A stretch of DNA of 64,000 nucleotides, from contig CAVPOM010000006.1 of assembly GCA_963707025.1 (NCBI GenBank), positions 563,369-627,368 of the forward strand, written 5' to 3'. Shown one piece after another: positions 27,961-38,002 of this stretch (position 1 is its first letter; every line of letters starts with the position of its first letter). The stretch comes from an uncultured Verrucomicrobiae bacterium (GTDB lineage Bacteria; Verrucomicrobiota; Verrucomicrobiia; Limisphaerales; Palsa-1400). The notes below the pieces were generated by a model. It worked only from the letters and a program-made list of their open reading frames with translations. It was not told the origin of the DNA and ran no database searches. A program made the translations under genes and the position numbers.

Positions 27961-30786
27961 ATGAAATCGAACCGAACTTTCCCGTCCGTCAACTTCCAGG
28001 GAATCGCGGCTTCCCTTATCCTCGCCGCCATCGCCTTCGTGCTGCCCGGATGTTCCAGCGGGCGCCAGGCCGCCGCACCGTCGCCCCGCCAGCGTCTCCT
28101 GCTCGATGCCGGCTGGCGCTTTCAACTCGCTCCCGAACTCACGCTGACCAATACCGTTGCCGTCACAGACTGGCGCTGGAAAACCGCCGCCCAAGGCGGT
28201 GGTGACGCCGCCAATGCCGCTGCGGCCGTGGACACTTCGGGGCCGGATTGGCATGACGCCAAATCGGGCGACGACACCTTCCAAAGCCGGGTCGGCTTCC
28301 AGTGGTTTCGCACCATCCTCCCCGATGTGCCGGGGCCGAACCGGATCATCCATTTTGAAACCGTGGATGACAACGGCGCCGTTTATCTCAATGGCCGGCA
28401 ACTCGTCCGGCACGAGGGGTGGAACGACCCTTTCGATGTGCCGCTGGATGACGCCTGGCAAACCGGCGGCCCAAACTCCCTGGCGGTTCTGGTGGAGAAC
28501 ACCGCCGGCGCGGGAGGCATTACCGCCTCCGTTACCTTGGGCCGGCTCCCGCCCGCAGGCCCCAAGGCTGACTATTTTGCCTCCGACTATGATGATCGCG
28601 GCTGGCGCCAGGTCCATCTGCCCCACGATTATGTGGTCGAAGGGACTTTTGCCTCCACCGCCACTGCCAGCCACGGTTCGTTGCCCACGCCGCCCGCCTG
28701 GTACCGCAAATCCTTCACCTTGCCCCCTGCCGCGGCGGGCAAAAGTGTCTGGATTGACTTCGACGGCGTGTTCCGCGACTGCCTGGTTTATCTGAATGGC
28801 AAACCGCTGGGCGAGCACATGAGCGGCTACACCTCCTTCCGCTACGACATCACGCAGGCCGCCAATTTTACCGGCGAAAACATCCTGGCAGTGCGCACCA
28901 ACCCGAAGAAATACGAGGGCTGGTGGTACGAGGGCGGCGGCATCTACCGCCATGTTTGGTTGAACCTGGCCAATTTCCTTCACGTCGCTCCCTGGGGGAC
29001 CTTCGTCACCGCCGACCTGCCCGAGCCAGGCCCGGACGGCATCGCCGCCCCGGCCACCATCCACATCAAAACCAAACTGGCCAACGCCGGCGCCGCCCTG
29101 GCCGAATGCAACGTGGTCTCGCGCCTCGTGGATGATCGCGGGCTGACCGTGACCGAAGTCTCCAACCGAACCACCGTCCCGGCCGGCGGCGAACAGGAAT
29201 TGGCGCAGCAAGAGATTGTTGACCATCCCCGGCTTTGGTCGCTGGAAACGCCCACCCTCTACCATTTGCTCACGTTCGTCCAAGTCAACGGCCGGACCGT
29301 GGACACCTTGACCACGCCCTTTGGCATTCGCACCGCCCGTTTCGATGCCGGGAAGGGCTTTTTTCTCAACGGCAAGCCCGTGAAAATCCAGGGCACCTGC
29401 AACCACCAGGATTTTGCCGGCGTGGGCGTGGCCGTGCCCGACTCGCTGGAATACTGGCGTGTCAAGCATCTCAAGGAGATGGGCGACAACGCCTGGCGCA
29501 TGTCGCACAATCCGCCCAATCCGGAACTGCTCAACGCCTGCGACGAATTGGGCATGCTGGTCATGGACGAAAACCGGCACCTGGGCGACACTTACAGCGA
29601 CCACACCTCCGCCAATACGCAGGCTTCCGGCCTCGGCGACCTGGCCGACCTGATTCTGCGCGACCGCAATCATCCCAGCATCATCATGTGGTCCATGTGC
29701 AACGAGGAAGGCTTGCAAAGCACGGCGGAAGGCGCGCGCATCTTCTCGGCCATGATGAAGGTGGTCCGCCAATACGACACGACCCGGCCGATTTCCAGCG
29801 CCATGAACGGAGGCTGGTTCAACCCCGGTTTCGCCACGGTGGAGGATTTGATGGGCGTCAACTATAGCACCCAGGTCTATGACCGCTTCCATAACGAGCA
29901 TCCCGCCATGCCCATGTTCGGCAGCGAAACGGCCAGCACCGTGACCACCCGCGGCGAATATACCAATGACCGGGCCAGATCGGTCGTGACCTCCTACAAC
30001 ATGACCGACGGCTCCTGGCGCCCCGTCGCCGAACGGGCTTTCATGGCCGGCAGCTTCGCCTGGACCGGTTTCGACTACAAAGGCGAACCTTCCCCCTACG
30101 GCTGGCCGGCCATCAACAGCCAATATGGCATCATGGACATGTGCGGATTTCCCAAGGACAACTATTATTACTACCAGTCCTGGTGGAAGACCAACCCTGT
30201 CATCCATATTATGCCCCATTGGAACTGGCCCGGCCGGGAAGGCCAGAACATCCGGGTCGTGGTCTTCAGCAATTGCGCGAAGGTGGAGTTGTTCCACAAC
30301 GGCCAAAGCCTGGGCGCCCGCGACATGCCGCGCAACGGGCATTTGGAGTGGCTGGTGAAATATGCCCCCGGCAGCCTCTCCGCCAAAGGCTACAACGGCA
30401 CTGCGCTCGCCGCCAGCGAGACCGTCGAAACCACAGGGGAGCCGGCGGCGTTGCGCTTGAAGACCGATCGCGCAACCCTGGTGGCCGACGCGGAGGATGT
30501 CACCCCCGTCGAGGTGGATGTGCTGGACGCCAAGGGCCGCCTGGTGCCGACGGCCGACAGCCTGGTGACATTCCGGGTCGAAGGGGCCGGCGGCGTGGCC
30601 GGCGTGGGCAACGGCAACCCGGGCGACCATGATCCGGACAAGGCGAGCTTCCGCCACGCCTTCAACGGCAAATGCCTGGTGGTGGTGGGGGCGGCGGACC
30701 AGCCGGGAAAGATAGTCTTGACAGCTACCTCGCCCGGCCTGAAAACGGCGGCGCTGTCCCTGCGCGCCGCCCGCCCCGCGCAATGA
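27961..30786 (+). CDS. GH2 beta-galactosidase, probably exported (lipoprotein-like N-terminus)
   Basis: WW.EGGGIYRHV, GTCNHQDFAGVG, RMSHNP, RDRNHPSIIMWSMCNEE, SET and WTGFDYKGEP motifs. Confidence 0.92.
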   Translation: MKSNRTFPSVNFQGIAASLILAAIAFVLPGCSSGRQAAAPSPRQRLLLDAGWRFQLAPELTLTNTVAVTDWRWKTAAQGGGDAANAAAAVDTSGPDWHDAKSGDDTFQSRVGFQWFRTILPDVPGPNRIIHFETVDDNGAVYLNGRQLVRHEGWNDPFDVPLDDAWQTGGPNSLAVLVENTAGAGGITASVTLGRLPPAGPKADYFASDYDDRGWRQVHLPHDYVVEGTFASTATASHGSLPTPPAWYRKSFTLPPAAAGKSVWIDFDGVFRDCLVYLNGKPLGEHMSGYTSFRYDITQAANFTGENILAVRTNPKKYEGWWYEGGGIYRHVWLNLANFLHVAPWGTFVTADLPEPGPDGIAAPATIHIKTKLANAGAALAECNVVSRLVDDRGLTVTEVSNRTTVPAGGEQELAQQEIVDHPRLWSLETPTLYHLLTFVQVNGRTVDTLTTPFGIRTARFDAGKGFFLNGKPVKIQGTCNHQDFAGVGVAVPDSLEYWRVKHLKEMGDNAWRMSHNPPNPELLNACDELGMLVMDENRHLGDTYSDHTSANTQASGLGDLADLILRDRNHPSIIMWSMCNEEGLQSTAEGARIFSAMMKVVRQYDTTRPISSAMNGGWFNPGFATVEDLMGVNYSTQVYDRFHNEHPAMPMFGSETASTVTTRGEYTNDRARSVVTSYNMTDGSWRPVAERAFMAGSFAWTGFDYKGEPSPYGWPAINSQYGIMDMCGFPKDNYYYYQSWWKTNPVIHIMPHWNWPGREGQNIRVVVFSNCAKVELFHNGQSLGARDMPRNGHLEWLVKYAPGSLSAKGYNGTALAASETVETTGEPAALRLKTDRATLVADAEDVTPVEVDVLDAKGRLVPTADSLVTFRVEGAGGVAGVGNGNPGDHDPDKASFRHAFNGKCLVVVGAADQPGKIVLTATSPGLKTAALSLRAARPAQ

Positions 30787-30792
30787 AGTTTG

Positions 30793-30913
30793 GAAACCTC
30801 CGCAAAACGCGCATCCACGATTGTAGCGGCGGTCTATGACCGCCGCAAACCAGGGGAAACAACCGTAAGGCGGCGGTCATAGACCGCCGCTACAGGCCTT
30901 TTGCAGCGGTTTT
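30793..30913. mobile_element. MITE/REP composite, copy 2 (degenerate termini)
   Basis: Near-identical to 10031-10151; lies between convergent genes. Confidence 0.8.
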
Positions 30914-31202
30914 GCTTTCGTTACTTGAGCAGGTCCCCGAACGCCGGGAGGAGAGTGTACTTTTTCTCCCACGGCGTGTACATGAACCCGTCGAACAAGG
31001 GCACGTCCTTTGCGGCCTCAAGCCAGCCTTTGACGCTGTTCAAATCATCCGCATCGTAGTAGCAGGCCGCCACGGTGTGAAAGCCGTGGTCGGCGAAAAA
31101 ATGGAGGTCCTTCGGACGCGGCTCGCCGCCCCAGACCACCATGGTCACGTCCTTGGGAACATGCTCCCACGAACCGGTGAAATCACCGTCAACAAGATAA
31201 TA

Positions 31203-32206
31203 GAGCGTTTCCATAAATGATATAGCTTGACTGGGGCGAGAGGGCTGGCAGGCTTGAGCCATGCGAGCGATACCCGTGTCTGCGCGCGAGCGCATCCTGC
31301 AACTCTATGAACAAGGCAAAAGCACCCGCGAGATCGCGGACTTTTTCGGCTTTTGCGTGGCGGCGGTGCGCCGGGTCCGGCAGCAGTTCCAAGAGCGCGG
31401 CACGCTCCAGCCGCAAACCCATTTGTGCGGGCGCAAAACGCTGCTGAACGCCGGACGCCAGGCTCGCCTGCAAAAGCTGGTGGCGGCCCAGCCCGACGCG
31501 ACGTTGGCCGAGTTGGGGGCGCGTCTGGACCGCCCTTTCGGGACCTCCACTGTGGATTTGTGGCTGCGCAAACTGGGGTTGAGCTATAAAAAAAACGCTC
31601 TGCGCCGCCGAGCAGAACCGTCCGGACGTGGCCGAAAAGCGGGCCCATTGGCATGAGCGTCTGGCAAGTGACCCACCTGCCCGACTGGTCTTCGTGGATG
31701 AAAGCGGGGCCAACACCAAGATGACCCGTTTTTGCGGGCGGTCACCCGTGGGCCGAAGACTGGCGGCCCACGTCCCGCAGGGACATTATCAGACCACCAC
31801 CCTGGTCTGCGCCATTCGTCTGGCCGGGCCTGCGGCCCCCTGCCTCTTTGAGGGGGCCATGGACGGGGAAATGTTTTTGGCCTGGATCCAGCAGGGGCTG
31901 GTGGTGGAGTTGCGCAAGGGTGACTTGGTCATCATGGACAACTTGGCCACGCATAAGGTGACCGGAGTCCGCCAAGCCATCGAAGAGGCCGGGGCAACGC
32001 TGCTGTATCTGCCGCCCTATTCGCCAGACTTTAATCCCATCGAAAATATGTGGAGCAAGGTCAAACAAATTATGCGAGGTCTCGCGCCGCGAACCGCCAA
32101 GGAACTGCTCCAAGCGGCGAAGATTGCCTTTGAAGCCATCTCCACCGCCGATTGCCGGGGCTTCTTTTTAAACGCCCGCTACGCTACATGATTTATGGAA
32201 ATGCTC
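31203..32206 (+). mobile_element. IS630-family insertion sequence
   Basis: Inverted ends GAGCGTTTCCATAAAT / ATTTATGGAAATGCTC; TA target duplication at 31201-31202 and 32207-32208. Confidence 0.95.
31261..32191 (+). CDS. IS630 transposase in two frames joined at the A8 run 31588-31595
   Basis: ORF A carries the HTH region (QPDATLAEL, LGLSYKK); ORF B carries the DDE triad VFVDESG, IMDNLATH and PYSPDFNPIENMWSK. Confidence 0.9.
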
Positions 32207-33652
32207 TAGTTGCCGTGGGCGTTGTGGTAGGGATCAAACATGTCGCCCCAGACCAGAATGCCGGCCCCGGGCGCGTAACGCCGGATGATCGCCGCCTGTT
32301 GCGCCACGGATTGGCCGATCAATTCGCCCATGTTCCTTCCCTGGCAGGCGCGGCAGGTGCCGCCCATCCGCACCTCGTCCATGCTCAGCAGGACGCGGCG
32401 GGGATGAAGCCGGGCGGCCAGCAGCGCGGCCTCCTCATCGAAAACCTGGTAGAGGGCCGGCTCGGCCATGCAGACCGTCACCTGCGAATCGTAGATGATC
32501 ATGGAATGATACCAGCTCGCCCGCACGGTCTGCCCCTCCGCAATGCGTCCGCCCGGAAGAATCTTCAGCGGCAGGGCCGGTCCGGTGTCGTTCCAGGGAT
32601 GGAGGGCCGGGTCCAACAGCGGGGCGTAGTCCCGGCCTTCGCTATAAGTGACAGAGCCGTCGGCGGAGCGGATCGTGACCGGAGCGCCCGGCCGGTGGAG
32701 CACATTGACCGGGCCGGTCTCCTCCAGGCTCCAATCGTCCAGCCAGACTTTGCCGGATTTGCCGCCCCACAGGCCCGCGTAAAGCCGGATTTTGTCAAAG
32801 GACAACGAGTTCAGGAGCATGGAGATTTTGCGCCAGTCGGTGGTGGACGGAATGTTGAAAGTGCGCGGCGCGATCTCCTGGTCCTTGCCGGCCAGGGCCA
32901 GGAGGCGGAAGGCGCCCGGCGGCTGGAGGTTTTCCGTTTTCACCCAGAGCGTGACGCGATAACAGCGATGCGGCTGCACCGCGATCTCCTGCATGACGCG
33001 CCCGTGGCCGTAGGGATTGGCCGTGAAATTCTCCAGGCGCAACGACGCCCGGCCGCTGTGTTTGATGGCGGTGTCCACGAAGCTGACTTCGCCCGGCTGG
33101 TCGTGGAAACTGAAATTCTTGAGACGGTTTCCGGTGAAATCCTCGAATCCGCCGTTGGCGAGCAGGGCGGAACTCGCCGCGGCCAGGCGCGCCGCGCCGT
33201 CGTGGACCACGAGCGGCGCGTCCACCACCGGCACGCCCTCGGCCAGATTGGGATCGTGGGCCAAAGCGCCGCCGCCGTAGCCGACGGAAAAAACGGAGGG
33301 GATCAACTCCAGATGATTTTGTTCGCAGGCTTGCTTTATCTGGTCGAGCCGCCGGAAGTAATCGGGCGATTGTTTGGACAGCGAGTCCAGGCCGGCGGCG
33401 AGCACCGCGCCATTGAGTCCGTGCTGGCCGGCCGATTCCAGCACGCGGCTGATTTGCGCCGTGTCCGAGTCCTGGTTGAGGTTCCAGCCGAAAATCCAGA
33501 CAAGCCGGTCGGCGTAACGGTCGGCCGCCGCTGCCCCCATCACCATCGAAAGCAGCAGCAGCAAAGCGAGCGCGGGCCCGCGCCAATGGCGGAGAGCGGT
33601 CATTCGATGCGGCGCTGGCTTGGCAGGAACATATCCCGGTCAATGACGGCTT

Positions 33653-34333
33653 TCAGTTTCCTGGGGTGCGGGCAGAAGGCTGGTCTCGCTGCAACATGGC
33701 CCAGGTAAATCCAGCGCCGGCTTTTTGCACCAGAGCCAGGTGAATCCAAAGCATGGCCGTGGCTTCCAGCAGCCGGGCTGTTTTCAAATCTCCCGTGTCC
33801 AGCGGCTGAAAACCAATGTCGGCGGCGAGCCGGGAAACGATTTGCCGGGCGTCGGCGTCATCCCCGGCCAGCCACATGACCGGTTTGAGACCGCCGTAAT
33901 TCGGATAACTGGCGTCGGCCAGATTTTCGAACCCGTAAGTGTTGAAAGCTTTTACCACCCGCGCCCCTTTGGCCCAATGCGCGACGGTTTCCCCGCCGGA
34001 AACGGTATGGCCGATGGCCAGTTCCAAGCCGCTGCCGGGGGTGAAACGAAGTGGGTTGGTGCAATCCACCAGCACCTTGCCCTGGAGGTTGCCGCAGGCG
34101 GCGAGGGCCGGCTGGGTGGCATCCCACGGCGTGGCCAGCGCGATCACTTGGCCGAAGGCAGCCGCCTGGGCATTGCTGCCGGCGCTGGCCTTCGATCCGC
34201 AGGCCTCGAGCAATGCGCGATGTTTTGCATCGTTGGGATCGCGCACGCCAAATTTTATGTGATGGCCGGCTTTGGCCCAGCTTTGGCCGAGCGCGCCGCC
34301 GACGTTTCCTGCTCCGATGATTCCGATATTCAT
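33653..34333 (-). CDS. NADP-dependent oxidoreductase (F420-dependent/NADPH-F420 reductase-like family)
   Basis: IGIIGAGNVG, LATPW, GKVLVDCTNP, VVKAFNT, AGDD and D.GDL..AR.LE motifs. Confidence 0.85.
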   Translation of the reverse strand: MNIGIIGAGNVGGALGQSWAKAGHHIKFGVRDPNDAKHRALLEACGSKASAGSNAQAAAFGQVIALATPWDATQPALAACGNLQGKVLVDCTNPLRFTPGSGLELAIGHTVSGGETVAHWAKGARVVKAFNTYGFENLADASYPNYGGLKPVMWLAGDDADARQIVSRLAADIGFQPLDTGDLKTARLLEATAMLWIHLALVQKAGAGFTWAMLQRDQPSARTPGN

Positions 34334-34334
34334 C

Positions 34335-34604
34335 TCAATTCGAACGGGTTGGTTGTTGGGGTGATTGTCGCCGCACCTCGCTGTGCCGCCACTTTTTGAT
34401 GTCACCTTGCGCCATTAAACGGCCATCTTGAACGAGGGCCTCAATACGTCTGGCAATTATAGTAAATCCGTCCTCGCCTTCAGGCAGTCTTGTGCCTTGA
34501 AGGTCTGCAACCCTGACAATGACCATCGCAACCTTCCTCCAAGGAATTCCTGTCACGGCGAGAATATCCTCGTCAATTTGGGAGGCTTCTTGGTTGCAGG
34601 GCAT
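34335..34604 (-). CDS. DUF3658-like small protein or fragment
   Basis: ID..IL......WRKVAMVI...RRI..LV..GRL..QGD..KWRHSEVR; lower GC than flanks. Confidence 0.6.
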   Translation of the reverse strand: MPCNQEASQIDEDILAVTGIPWRKVAMVIVRVADLQGTRLPEGEDGFTIIARRIEALVQDGRLMAQGDIKKWRHSEVRRQSPQQPTRSN

Positions 34605-34609
34605 ATTTC

Positions 34610-35794
34610 TCACCACCAATGATGGTGGTAGGAATTTGTCTTGACGTTGATGGTGACCGGGGCGGATAGAACCTGGGTGCCATTGTTGTCGGTGGCCAGC
34701 GCGGTCACGGAGTTGCTCCCGACGGGGGGGTTGGTCCAAAGGAAGAAGAAAGGCCGCCAGATGATGTTCGTGCCGCGCGGCGCCCACGATAAATCCGGCC
34801 ACGGACAGGCGGGATTGTTGGTCACGGTGCCGAGACTGGCGCCTTGGTTCAAAAACTCCACGGTGGCTATCCCGTTGCCCGGCTCGCCCGCCGCGGCGAC
34901 GAGGCTGATGGCGCTGTTGGACGGGAAGGTCGCACCGCTGGCCGGGGCGGCGATCCGCACCTCGGGCACAGGCAAGTTTGTGGTCACGGTGATGTTGACA
35001 ACGGCGGAAGTGGTTTGCAGGCCGGCGTTGTCGGTGGCGACCGCCGTCAGCGCGTAAGCGCCGGGCGGCACATTGGGCCAGATTATCCAGTAAGGGTTAT
35101 TTTGCGGCGCCGGCAAAATTGGGGGCAAAGCGGCCTTCCCCCGCCTGGCCGGCAGAGGCCTGAATGGGCCGAAGCAGAAGGGCTGGTTGGTCACCGTGGC
35201 CAGGCTGGTGGCGCTGGCGAAAAATTCCACCGAGGTTACCCATCCGTTGGAGTCGCCGGCCCTGGCGGCAATGACCAGGTCCGGCCTGGAAAGAAAGGAG
35301 GCGTCATTGGTCGGACTGACTATGGCCACGGTGGGCGCGGCATTGGTGTAATTGTAGGCGATGTAAACCACCGCCGTGTCATAGCCGCGCCAGGGCTGGT
35401 AAAAATGGCTCCCGGGCTGTGTCAACTTCAATTGCACGGTTTTGTAACCTGTCGCCGCCGGCTCCACCACCGGGGTAATGAGCAGGTTGGTCCCGCTTTG
35501 GCCGGCGGCGAGCGTCACGGAGGTTGGCACGGTCGCATAATCCACGCCGTTGGTTGCGGTGCCGGTGAGCGAGCAGGCCACAGTTACGGCGGCATTGGTA
35601 TCCTCGCCGCGGCTGATGATAAAGACCCCGGCATGGCTGCCCGGTTCGTAGGCCAGCGGTTGCGCCGCCTGCACCGTCACCACCGGCCCTCGATCCCAAG
35701 GGTCAAATCGGGCCTGGGCGGTAGAGCTTGCGAAAATTCCGGGCAAAGTCGCCGCCAGGGTTAAGATCAACAAATGATGGCGTGGCGTTTTCAT
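34610..35794 (-). CDS. Secreted Calx-beta plus two bacterial Ig-like domains
   Basis: GTATNGVDY (Calx-beta); two P.V.I..P / VEF / LTA.ATDN.G Ig-like units. Confidence 0.8.
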   Translation of the reverse strand: MKTPRHHLLILTLAATLPGIFASSTAQARFDPWDRGPVVTVQAAQPLAYEPGSHAGVFIISRGEDTNAAVTVACSLTGTATNGVDYATVPTSVTLAAGQSGTNLLITPVVEPAATGYKTVQLKLTQPGSHFYQPWRGYDTAVVYIAYNYTNAAPTVAIVSPTNDASFLSRPDLVIAARAGDSNGWVTSVEFFASATSLATVTNQPFCFGPFRPLPARRGKAALPPILPAPQNNPYWIIWPNVPPGAYALTAVATDNAGLQTTSAVVNITVTTNLPVPEVRIAAPASGATFPSNSAISLVAAAGEPGNGIATVEFLNQGASLGTVTNNPACPWPDLSWAPRGTNIIWRPFFFLWTNPPVGSNSVTALATDNNGTQVLSAPVTINVKTNSYHHHWW

Positions 35795-35931
35795 GGCTGG
35801 ATCAGCGGGCCTTCCTGCTTTGTATTTTTGTGCCGTTAAATATAGCCGAAAAGGGCGGTGGTGTCAAAGCGCCCAACAGATCGGCAGGTCGTATTTGAGG
35901 CGGCAGCGCGCTCGAAAAGCGTTTGCCGCCT

Positions 35932-36780
35932 TTACACCGTAGTTGCCCGCACGATATGGCCGCCCCTGTCGGGCGAGGACCCGCCTGGCTTTGCAAAGTA
36001 ACGCTGCCGGATCAACGCCGGGCCAAGATCTTCGACTTCGCCAAAGCCCAGGGCCGCCAGTTTGGCGAGGAGCAGGTCGGTTTCAAAAGCGCTCTGGAAG
36101 GCCTCTCCCAGGGAAGCAACGCGCGCGGCAAGCGCCTGGTGAGCGGCGGCGTATTCGGGGTGGCCGGAACTCGACGTTGGAGGATTGGCATAGTCGAACA
36201 CGACGTGAGCGCCACCCGGCAGGTGGGCAATGAAACCAAGCGTCGCAAAGATGGCCTGCTCCTTCAGATAAGGCACGACGCCCAGCCAGGTGAAAAAGGT
36301 TTGCTGCGCCGGATCGAAGCCGGCCGCGTTCAAGCCGTCGGCCAAAGTCTCCCGCTCGAAATCTACCGGAGCAAAAGTCAGCGCGCGCGGGGCCGGGATG
36401 GCCGCCTCGGCCAGCCGTTGGCGCTTCCAGGCCTGGGTCGCCGGGTGGTCAACCTCGAAGATGCGCAGGCTTTCCCCCAAAGAGGTGCGGTAAGCGTAAG
36501 TGTCCAGACCCGCCCCGAGCACCACCAGTTGGCGCACCCCGCGGCGCGCCACGGCGGCGGCCAGGGCATCCTCGGCAAAGCGCGTTCTCACGGCAATGAA
36601 CAGGCGCAACTTTCGTCTGGATGGGTCCTTTGCCGCATCGCGGACCGCCGCTGCGGCGTCCGCTCCCAGGATGCGCAGCGCCAGCGGATCGGTGAAAATG
36701 AAACCGCGCTCCAACACTTGATGGGCGGCGCGGTGAGAGGCGGCGCCCCAGGCGGTGCGGCTGGGCTGTCCTGGCTGCAT
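35932..36780 (-). CDS. SAM-dependent methyltransferase (LCM/TIGR00027-like)
   Basis: PSRTA..AA..RA.HQ, QLVVLGAGLDTYAYR, FEVDHPATQ.WKR and WLGVVPYL motifs. Confidence 0.88.
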   Translation of the reverse strand: MQPGQPSRTAWGAASHRAAHQVLERGFIFTDPLALRILGADAAAAVRDAAKDPSRRKLRLFIAVRTRFAEDALAAAVARRGVRQLVVLGAGLDTYAYRTSLGESLRIFEVDHPATQAWKRQRLAEAAIPAPRALTFAPVDFERETLADGLNAAGFDPAQQTFFTWLGVVPYLKEQAIFATLGFIAHLPGGAHVVFDYANPPTSSSGHPEYAAAHQALAARVASLGEAFQSAFETDLLLAKLAALGFGEVEDLGPALIRQRYFAKPGGSSPDRGGHIVRATTV

Positions 36781-36831
36781 GGAGGGACAGCCTAAGGCGG
36801 TTCAAGAAATTGTGCAGCCCTAAATGAGGAT

Positions 36832-36885
36832 GGCAGGGCGCGCACTCCGTGCGCGCCGCGGCGGGCCACGGAGTGCCCGCCCTTC
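36832..36885. repeat. GTAG-like REP palindrome pair
   Basis: ggcagggcgcgcactccgtgcgcgccg...cacggagtgcccgccct. Confidence 0.55.
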
Positions 36886-36902
36886 TGCAACTCCATCAAA
36901 AC

Positions 36903-37520
36903 TCATTTGGGTGACGCGCCGGCCACTCCCAAGGTCAGATGGATGGTATCGGCCACCTTGTCCAGACTCTTGCCGGGCATGATGTTGAAATCGGCGCGCT
37001 GGATGCTGAAGTTGGTGGAGGTGATCACCAGCAGGTCGCCTTTTTGGTTCCCGCCCAGGTGCTCCCCCAGCTTGTCTTTGAGATATTTCATCTCCACCGG
37101 GATGGTCACTTCCTTGGCAACCCCGTGCAAGGTGAACGTTCCCGTCACATCCGCCGTGGTTTTGTCTCCCTCGCTCTTGACGTTCTTCAGGTCCTTGGCC
37201 TCGAAAGTGATCTCCGGGTACCTGGCCGCGTCCAGCCACAGGTTGCCCCGCATGATGGCGGTTTGCTGGCCGTTGGGCACCGTCAGCGACGCGGTGGCCA
37301 CGGCGATTCTTCCCCGGGTCGCCCCTGGATTTTGCGGGTCGAAGGTGACGGTGCCGGAAACGGCGTTGGCCGTGCCGGCGATTTTTTCGGCAGGCGCGTC
37401 CAGTTTGAATTCGATTTTGTTGCCGTTCTTGGGGTCTTTGAAATCAAAGGTTTCCGGGCCGGCCAGGGCGGGCAGCGCCAGCGCCGGTGCGATAACATAA
37501 ACGATCCATCGGGTTCTCAT
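36903..37520 (-). CDS. YceI-family periplasmic protein
   Basis: Signal peptide; WLDA..YPEITF, GTFTLHGVAKEV and I.RADFNI motifs. Confidence 0.85.
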   Translation of the reverse strand: MRTRWIVYVIAPALALPALAGPETFDFKDPKNGNKIEFKLDAPAEKIAGTANAVSGTVTFDPQNPGATRGRIAVATASLTVPNGQQTAIMRGNLWLDAARYPEITFEAKDLKNVKSEGDKTTADVTGTFTLHGVAKEVTIPVEMKYLKDKLGEHLGGNQKGDLLVITSTNFSIQRADFNIMPGKSLDKVADTIHLTLGVAGASPK

Positions 37521-37557
37521 AGTTTGCGACATCCGGTTTGGATACTCCAACCGGCGC

Positions 37558-37848
37558 TCAAGTTCCAGTTTTTTTAGTGCGAAACAGAAAAGAAGCCCCG
37601 GCCATGCCTCCCGCCGTCAACGCGGCCAGGGCCAGGAAATCCCACCCCGGAATAAATCCTTTTTCCCACGCGCTGGCGGTCAGGCCGGTGACCGGGTCCG
37701 TCGTGCGGTGTTCTATGTTGTTGACGGTCCAGCCGCGGTTGGCGCCCCGGGCCGCCCAGAATGCGACGGAGGACAGCAGGACAACGGCTGCCAGGATGCG
37801 CAAGGCTCTTCTCACGAATTGGCCGCACCATAATCCGGCAGAAAGCAA
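37558..37848 (-). CDS. Small two-TM membrane protein; start uncertain
   Basis: FWAA.GANRGWT...DPVTGL...WEKGFIPG.DFL between two hydrophobic segments. Confidence 0.55.
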   Translation of the reverse strand: MLSAGLWCGQFVRRALRILAAVVLLSSVAFWAARGANRGWTVNNIEHRTTDPVTGLTASAWEKGFIPGWDFLALAALTAGGMAGASFLFRTKKTGT

Positions 37849-38002
37849 AATGCAAACCTCGGGGCCGGCCTGAAATAAGACTGCCTGAATATCGTCTCAT
37901 TGACGCCCATGCTAAACTTTTTTCCATGAGAAAGGCATCAGCCCCCGCCGTGACGCCGCGGCCCGCCCCGGACCGGCGGTGGCGGGGCCAATTCGGGACC
38001 TC

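Larger units (their letters stand above)
30921..33603 (-). pseudogene. Secreted GH20-like TIM-barrel plus carbohydrate-binding-module protein, interrupted by IS630
   Basis: N-part 32209-33603 (NGGFE CBM-like segment, SMDEVRMGG, VWGDMFDPYHNAHGN) and C-part 30921-31202 (YYLVDGDFTGSWE...GFMYTPW) rejoin in frame when the IS and one TA are removed. Confidence 0.85.

Noticed and set aside
27937-30783. Long antisense ORFs (e.g. 27937..30783, 6885..8840, 37574..39703, 23228..25129)
   Set aside because: Shadow frames of real high-GC genes on the opposite strand, with no recognisable motifs.
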